Source of the DNA: Macrostomum lignano
Lineage: Eukaryota
Direction of reading: 5' to 3'
Length of the DNA stretch: 64,000 nucleotides
Assembly: GCA_002269645.1 (NCBI GenBank)
Contig: NIVC01003438.1
Location: forward strand, 1 to 64,000
Part shown: positions 57,921 through 64,000 of the stretch, piece by piece
Layout of the letters: each line of letters starts with the position of its first letter
How positions within the stretch are numbered: the stretch's first letter is position 1
Made by a program: the position numbers and the translations under genes
Notes under the pieces: generated by a model
What the model saw: only the letters and a program-made list of their open reading frames with translations
What the model was told of the DNA's origin: nothing
Databases searched by the model: none

Positions 57921-58593
57921 ACTCTAATTTCTGAATAAAGCATGGAATGTTTAACAAATGCTATTGTGTTTGACAACAGAGTAAAATTCAAACAATTCAT
58001 TTCTTTCTTAGATGGAATTTTAATGAATGTGAGTGAAAGAAAACCAAACAATTAATTCAATTAAATATTGATGAAAGAAGCTGACTCCGATCATGGAACA
58101 TTTCAACAGAGTGAATTCAATATTGAAAAGTCTTGCAATAACTTCGTAAATAATTTTACCATTTTTACTACAGCTGTCGAACGCAAGGTGAAGTGAAATT
58201 GGAAAAATCGAAAACATCGGAGTGCAATGGCGCTCAGTGGGCTGCTAAGGAAAGCAGAATTGGTTAACTTTATTATTAAGAAATTTATGTATATATTCTG
58301 GCTAAAATATGATTGAACTGTCAATTTGTTAGTAAAATCGCAATTCCCAACGAATTCGACAACAATGGAACTGCCATTATTATTTGCCTAGCAATTTCTC
58401 AGTGTTTTTATACTCTGAGCTCTGAGTTTCAAACGCACTCTGTGCTCTCGTGCTAATTCTCGATTTAGCTGAGAGTAAATTTGTGTCGGCAGTGTCGGTT
58501 GAAGAATTAAGTAAAAATATTCTTGAATTAAAAAACAATTATCTGATACCAGCTTATAAGTACGACAGTTTTCATTTTTCGTTTCAAAAATTC

Positions 58594-61500
58594 CTATGGT
58601 TGTTCGCTCCAGTTTTCCTGAAGTCTCGCCTTCAGCCAATTGGGAAGATCTGCTCTCATCATCTTCAGTTTCTTTTTTATTTCCTGAATCTGCTCCAGAT
58701 TCGAAGAATATAAAGCAGCAACCAGCAGCTCCTGCTCATCCGAGTCCTCTCTTTCAGCCACATCCCGGATCCAGTCCTGAGCGCGCGCTTCTCGATCAGT
58801 CCGCAGCTCTAGCCGCAAAGCCCACAGCAGAGCGTCAAAGTTCATGTAGCAATACTTATAACTGTCTAAAAACTGGAGGGGAAAGCACTGCCGCAGAGCT
58901 CGTGTCAAGAACTCGAGTCTCGGTTGCTGGTCGAACCAAAAGCAAAACTTCCACGCCGAGTCGCGGCTGCTCAGATGCCACATCACGAACTCCACAGTCG
59001 CTTCAGTCGCCGACTTCTCACGAGACCAAGCGATGCCTCTGCTCACCGAGTGATCTGAGCACGAGCTCACGACTCTCTCTGCAGTTTCTCGGTCATCAAA
59101 CTTCAGGCAAGCCAGCGCTCTGAGAGCCTCCCGTGCTGAGAGGGCGCAGTCTGGCAGTCTGGCAATCAGCTCTGTGAGCGACTCCTGAGATCGCTGGCTG
59201 CAGTCACTGCGCGAAAGACGCACCAGACACTCTCTCACCACGTCGTAGATCTGATAGTACTCGAGAGCATTGGACTCCGTGAGGCGCATCGGACTCAGAT
59301 CCGGCAGGATTTGGAACGGGTGGAAGTAGAATGTGCCTGAGTCGCTCACAGGTCTGAGACTGCCGATGAACTGCTGCAGCAGTTGGGGCAGCCGATCGAT
59401 TACTGTTCTCAGTGTGCTTATGATGCCGTCCAAATGCTGGTCCGCTCTCTCCTTAGCCGCACCCTTGAGGTAGATGGCCGCATCGCTAAGAAAGAAATGG
59501 TTCATGATGCGACCCCGAGATCGGTCAGGTGTGTCAGGTGTTTGTCTGTCCTGCTCTCGGCTCTTCTCCACACAGTCGAGCAGCATCTGCAGCGACTGTC
59601 TCGTGAGACTCACGAGGTTCTCCTTCTTCCACTGCTCGACCGGCGTCTCATCCACCATTCGGAAGGTGATGGTCTTCACGTGGTAGGACTTCAAGCCTCG
59701 CTGATTGAAGCCATCTTTGTGACAGATGACCTTCTTGACCAGGTATTTGAGTGTGACGAACAGTTGGCCTTGCAGGGTAGTGAGACTTCGCAGCATCCGG
59801 TTCTCCAGGAAGCTGGTGCTCACGCGGAGCTCTTCGCCCCCTCGGTCAGGAGAGGCTGCGTACACCACGTGACAGGGCGATGAGGCGGAGGTGAGAACTT
59901 TCCGGAGAGCCTCCAGCACAGGATAGGGGACGTTTGAGACGCGGTTTGGCAGCAGCGGCGCGATGGGCGGGTAGCGGCAGAGACGGCATGCAGAGACATT
60001 GTCCAGCGCTGGCTTCAGTGTGCATCCGGGCGTCGAATGAGCAGGATTTGAGGCTGTAAAAACGATTCGGTTCCCGATGGGGCAAAATACAGCTTTGAGC
60101 CTGTGCAGTGATGCTTTGGACTGACATACCAAAACCGCTCAAAAAAATGGCACGATATTTGCAGCCACCCTAAACTCACTACGGAGAAGGTCTTATGTTA
60201 CCTTAAAATTGCCTAAATTCGAGTCCTTCTTAACTGAAAGTGCAAAAAGCTAACTTGCGTAATTTTTAACTGAATCCTCCATAGCGTTGCTCCACTTGTA
60301 CCAATGCTACTCAAACATGACACTTAAAATCTTGCCAAGTTTTCTTACATTCTTGCCAGAATGGACTAACCCCAGCACACGGAACTCAAGGACATGCTTG
60401 AACCATTTATTGTGAACCTTCTTAAACAAGAACTTCTACTGTCAATTTGCACTTTTAATATTAAATTATATTTTACCACTCCTCACTTGTGTTCTTTATT
60501 AGTTTTGCTGATGTTTTGCATCCCTACACTGCTTAGTTTCTGTAGAACACTTAAACAGTATCATTACTTTTCTCTCGTACGAGTTTGCCACCGCTTCTTA
60601 TCATTTTACATCAAAGCTACATATTAATCAGAACTCCTTGCTTCCGATTTTAAAATGCAAATGTATCAGCTCTATCCTAACAAAGCTTTGTTTGAGCATG
60701 ACTTTAGATTTCAAAATTTCATGCTTAACCCCGCCAACACTGATGGCACGCCAGGCGTGCCATGGGTCTCATTTAACCATACACTGAGAATACGTGTCTA
60801 TGGCCCAGATGGTTTAGCATAAATATGACTTTTCGACATCCCCATAAGTCACGGATGGCATGCTGTGCGTACCATGTTATTTTTTCGCAATTTTTTAACT
60901 ATATTTGACTGCAAGTACAGGATAGGTAACAAAAAATTTAAAAAAGGACAACAACAGAACAAAAAACAATTAGGTAAACAATATTTAAAACATCGATGAG
61001 GCATTTAGGAGGAGCGTTTTGAATTTCGTATTCTGAACGTAATTAAGTTTTGCACCGTACCACCAGTGCAACTACTGTGCTGCTGCAGTGTGCCAATTCT
61101 GAAAGCATGGGACAGCACACAGCCCGGGCTCTCCTGGGCAACCAGCGCATACGAACACCGTTCTTTTGGCCACACCATTGCTGTAGCAGACTCTGCATCG
61201 CTTTGTCGGCCTCGCATTGGCATCTGTCGGCGGCAGCTTCGATGGCGCGTGCTGTGAGATGGCCTTGCGCTTTGATGTATTCAGACGTTTGCCCCGGCCT
61301 GTCTGCTCCATGAGAGTACGGATCGCAGCTTCCAAAAATTCAACGAATTTGATATCGCTTCCTCCTTGGCAATTGCAGATCCAGGCATTGCGGACCAACT
61401 GCAGCAAAATGTGGAACCCGAGCTTCTGGTGCCATCTGTATGTTCTTCTCCCCGCACTGTAAGGCTGCAGTGCTGCATCAAGGCGATCAACGCCTCCCAT

Positions 61501-63709
61501 GTACTTATTGTACTGCAGCACCGAATTCGGCTTTAAAACTGACTCCTCCGCTCCGCCTCGGATCACTCGCCTCACTTCCGTGCTTTCAGCAACACCGTGC
61601 GTGTCCAACAAGTACACAGTTTTGCGACCGCTTGCCTTCCTGTCTACCAGCTTGACTGCGAGAACATCGCCGCGGCGCATCTGGGAGTGACTGACGGGTT
61701 GCAGGGACAGCACTTTCAGCTCATTCGGCACACCTCGATTGGGCCTCACCGTCCCAGTCAGTAAAGTACTGCGTTCCAGCAGAAACTGCGCCAGACGGAG
61801 CGATGTGAACCAGCTGTCACAGAAGACCTTGTACCCTAGGTCCAGCAAATTTTTACTCAACTCAACGACGATCTTCTCGCTCATCGATAAATTACCGCAG
61901 TTTAATCCATCTCCAAACTTGTCGTTATCCTGCTTAGCAGCATGTACATGAAAGTTCCACAGAAAACCTGTCGAAGCTTCCGTCAAGCAGTAGACCTTGA
62001 TGCCGAATCTGGCACGCTTGTTGGGCATGAACTGCCGGAAAATGAGCCTGCCCTTGTACATGACCAGTTCTTCATCGACAGACACCTCTTGATGTGGGCT
62101 GTAATTTGCTTGGCAAATATCGCGGGCAATGTTAAGAAAAGGTCGAATCTTTTTCAAGGAGTCCTGTTGGTTGTCGGTGGTGCAGTCGTAAAATCGAAGG
62201 AATGATAATATCTGCACAAACCGATCCCTTCCAAGGCAATGTTCTTTCTGGAAGTATTCGCCGCCGTAGAAGTCTCCCGTGGACCAGTACATGTGCATTT
62301 CGGGCTTCTTCACAAGACCCATGTACAGGATGATTGCTAGTGACTTCTTCACCTCATTGTCGGTACACGGTCTCCAAGTTGATAGCAAATTGGGAAGAGC
62401 TCCGTCCTGATCTTCAGCTGTCAAATGTTGAAGCTCCATGTCAGCTCGGGCGTTGGTCCAGATGCGAATGGCAGACACAAGATCAGCGGTGAGAAAGTGC
62501 TGCAAATAGAATTGCACCTGGGCCATTTTACCTTCAGGAGCTTGTGCTTGGATGTCTGGGTTCAGGCCAGGCACAGCGAGGAATTCGGGCAGATCGCTGA
62601 GACGCGAATCTTCACCATCTTGAGCAGTTGTCCATTCATTCTCGTTGGCGAACTCGACTCCATGCTCAGCTACTTCACCATTACTCTCACCATCTTCCTC
62701 GTCCAGCAACTCTTCATCGACACTCATATATTCGCCGTCGCTGGTGAAAACAGAACCTTCCATAATTGCAATTGCAGCATCATCAATGTTGTTAGCCATG
62801 ATTTTGAGTCTCGCGTAAGTTTAATTAATTATACAGTAAAGTTGGACAAGATTGTGATATCAGTAAAAATTTACTGCATGATTCTGGACTGTTTTTACCA
62901 TAGACAGTTTTAAAATAAACTGTAGTATCAGTCAAGCGCAAATTTTAGGACAGTTGGAACTCAATAGTTAAGTAAGCCAGTCAGTAGTCTATGGGAATTT
63001 CTTGAGCCGTAAATTGACACAGTGCTCTATCTGTGGCAGGGGGAAAGAGATTGAAGCCCCATGGTACGCGTGGCATGCCATCCGTCAATAGTGACTGTGT
63101 GCGGAAAAAAGCTCAGTGTGATACTGCTTAGAAAAGATCCAGAGTTAAAAGTCCGCAGGTTTCAACAGATTGCACATAATAAATGCAAGTTGCCAACACA
63201 GACCGTCAGGACAGTCAGGCTCTTGTTTAGATCTGCTTACTGAGCTTAGCTATACTATCGCATACAGAATATGTTCTACACCAATGCTTTACACGCTAAA
63301 AGCAAACGTCTCTAGCAATCACTAACAGAACTACCAGACCATCTCACTCCCAAGAGAGAACTCACCGAATCCTGAACACTGAATGTGCCCGTTCACCAAC
63401 TCGTGCTGCTCCGGAGCTCCATTGCACTCACATAAGCCTCTCTGGTGGTATTCTCGGCCTGGAGTCAATATCATCACATCAATGTCGGAATCGGCGTCAG
63501 TTCTGCCGTCCAGTGTCGTCAGGTTGTTGCCCCAGCCTTCTGAGTAGCTGCCGACGATAGAAAAGCCATCGTCGTGCAGTCGGCTTCTCAGAATCTGCTG
63601 CAGGGCATCGGCAGCTGCGCTATGCAATTTGGCTCGAGATTCGGTGAAGCCTGACTGCTCCAGTGCTGAGTGCAGCTGCTCGCTCAGCTCTGAGTCGCTG
63701 GGACTGCAT
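58594..63709 (-). CDS. cGAS-like receptor (cGLR)/Mab-21-family nucleotidyltransferase; 5' exon not identified
   Basis: Exon 63709-63366 carries IVGSYSEGWG...DSDIDVM (GS plus DxD catalytic motif). It splices in phase 1 (TTCG|gtgag ... tttacag|CC) to exon 60053-58594, which has LDNVSA (candidate third Asp), EELRVSTSFLENRML, TLKYLVK, LKSYHVKTITF...WKKENL and NHFFL, all typical of Mab-21/cGAS. Confidence 0.88.
60729..63088 (-). mobile_element. piggyBac-family DNA transposon inside the cGLR intron
   Basis: TTAA (60725-60728) is followed by CCCCGCC... at the 3' terminus. Palindromic subterminal repeat atggcacgcc-a-ggcgtgccat. A second repeat at ~60851-60876 is inverted at ~63060-63088. No ...GGG-TTAA found at the 5' end. 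Confidence 0.85.
61072..62799 (-). CDS. piggyBac transposase (PGBD-like), 575 aa, intact ORF
   Basis: Catalytic DDD motifs VSVDEELVMYKG, FCDSWFTS and YNKYMGGVDRLD; C-terminal cysteine-rich domain CRVC...CAGC...LCAVPCFQNWH. Confidence 0.96.
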   Translation of the reverse strand: MANNIDDAAIAIMEGSVFTSDGEYMSVDEELLDEEDGESNGEVAEHGVEFANENEWTTAQDGEDSRLSDLPEFLAVPGLNPDIQAQAPEGKMAQVQFYLQHFLTADLVSAIRIWTNARADMELQHLTAEDQDGALPNLLSTWRPCTDNEVKKSLAIILYMGLVKKPEMHMYWSTGDFYGGEYFQKEHCLGRDRFVQILSFLRFYDCTTDNQQDSLKKIRPFLNIARDICQANYSPHQEVSVDEELVMYKGRLIFRQFMPNKRARFGIKVYCLTEASTGFLWNFHVHAAKQDNDKFGDGLNCGNLSMSEKIVVELSKNLLDLGYKVFCDSWFTSLRLAQFLLERSTLLTGTVRPNRGVPNELKVLSLQPVSHSQMRRGDVLAVKLVDRKASGRKTVYLLDTHGVAESTEVRRVIRGGAEESVLKPNSVLQYNKYMGGVDRLDAALQPYSAGRRTYRWHQKLGFHILLQLVRNAWICNCQGGSDIKFVEFLEAAIRTLMEQTGRGKRLNTSKRKAISQHAPSKLPPTDANARPTKRCRVCYSNGVAKRTVFVCAGCPGEPGLCAVPCFQNWHTAAAQ

Positions 63710-64000
63710 CTAAAATGTGAGTTGATGGTGAAAAAACGTGCATGCGTCTAGAATAGTTAATTGACTAGCATAGGGCAGCAGTCTTGAACAGTGCATGAAT
63801 TGATATCAAGCAGTTGATCCTTTTAGTCCTTTTAGTTTTCGTTTAGAGCAATTTTTTGCATGTTTTGTTCCTGAAAAACTTCCAATTTTCATAACTCGCT
63901 ATACATAGTGTCTGTGGTATGGTTGGCACGTAGGAAGTGTTGATAAAACGATGAGGATTTGAGACTAGATTTTCGCACTGGATGTTGGATGTGGCTGGCG

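Noticed and set aside
57172-58051. SQSV-repeat ORFs
   Set aside because: (GACT)n microsatellite
62800-63366. In-frame cGLR-piggyBac fusion, analogous to CSB-PGBD3
   Set aside because: The nearest AG upstream of the transposase ATG is a weak GAG 10 nt away, out of frame with the phase-1 cGLR donor; no good acceptor seen

Overview
Eukaryotic (animal) genomic DNA. It is intron-rich with GT-AG splicing, and most introns are filled with micro- and minisatellites; the GC-rich, Ala/Gln-rich exons suggest a free-living flatworm such as Macrostomum (inference only). Most long ORFs in the supplied track are artefacts of tandem repeats. Reading splice sites by hand gives five host genes. (1) The 5' part of a RasGRF-type gene (- strand, runs off the window start, three 1-nt deletions). 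(2) A 10-exon, ~1101-aa KNL1/Spc105-like kinetochore scaffold (-; SILK, RVSF, MELT-like motifs, RWD-like C-terminus). (3) Head-to-head with it, a 10-exon, ~819-aa transmembrane semaphorin (+). (4) An 8-exon, ~728-aa model joining ankyrin repeats to a caspase domain whose catalytic Cys is Gly (QAGRG) (-). (5) A cGAS-like/Mab-21 nucleotidyltransferase (cGLR) with an intact catalytic motif (-), carrying an intact-ORF piggyBac in its intron. Also present are a tRNA-derived CORE-type SINE, CAG-TIR MITEs, a Tc1/IS630-like remnant and a decayed gag-like fragment. The strongest novelty candidate is the adjacent, co-oriented pair of cGLR and ankyrin-pseudocaspase at 48-64 kb.
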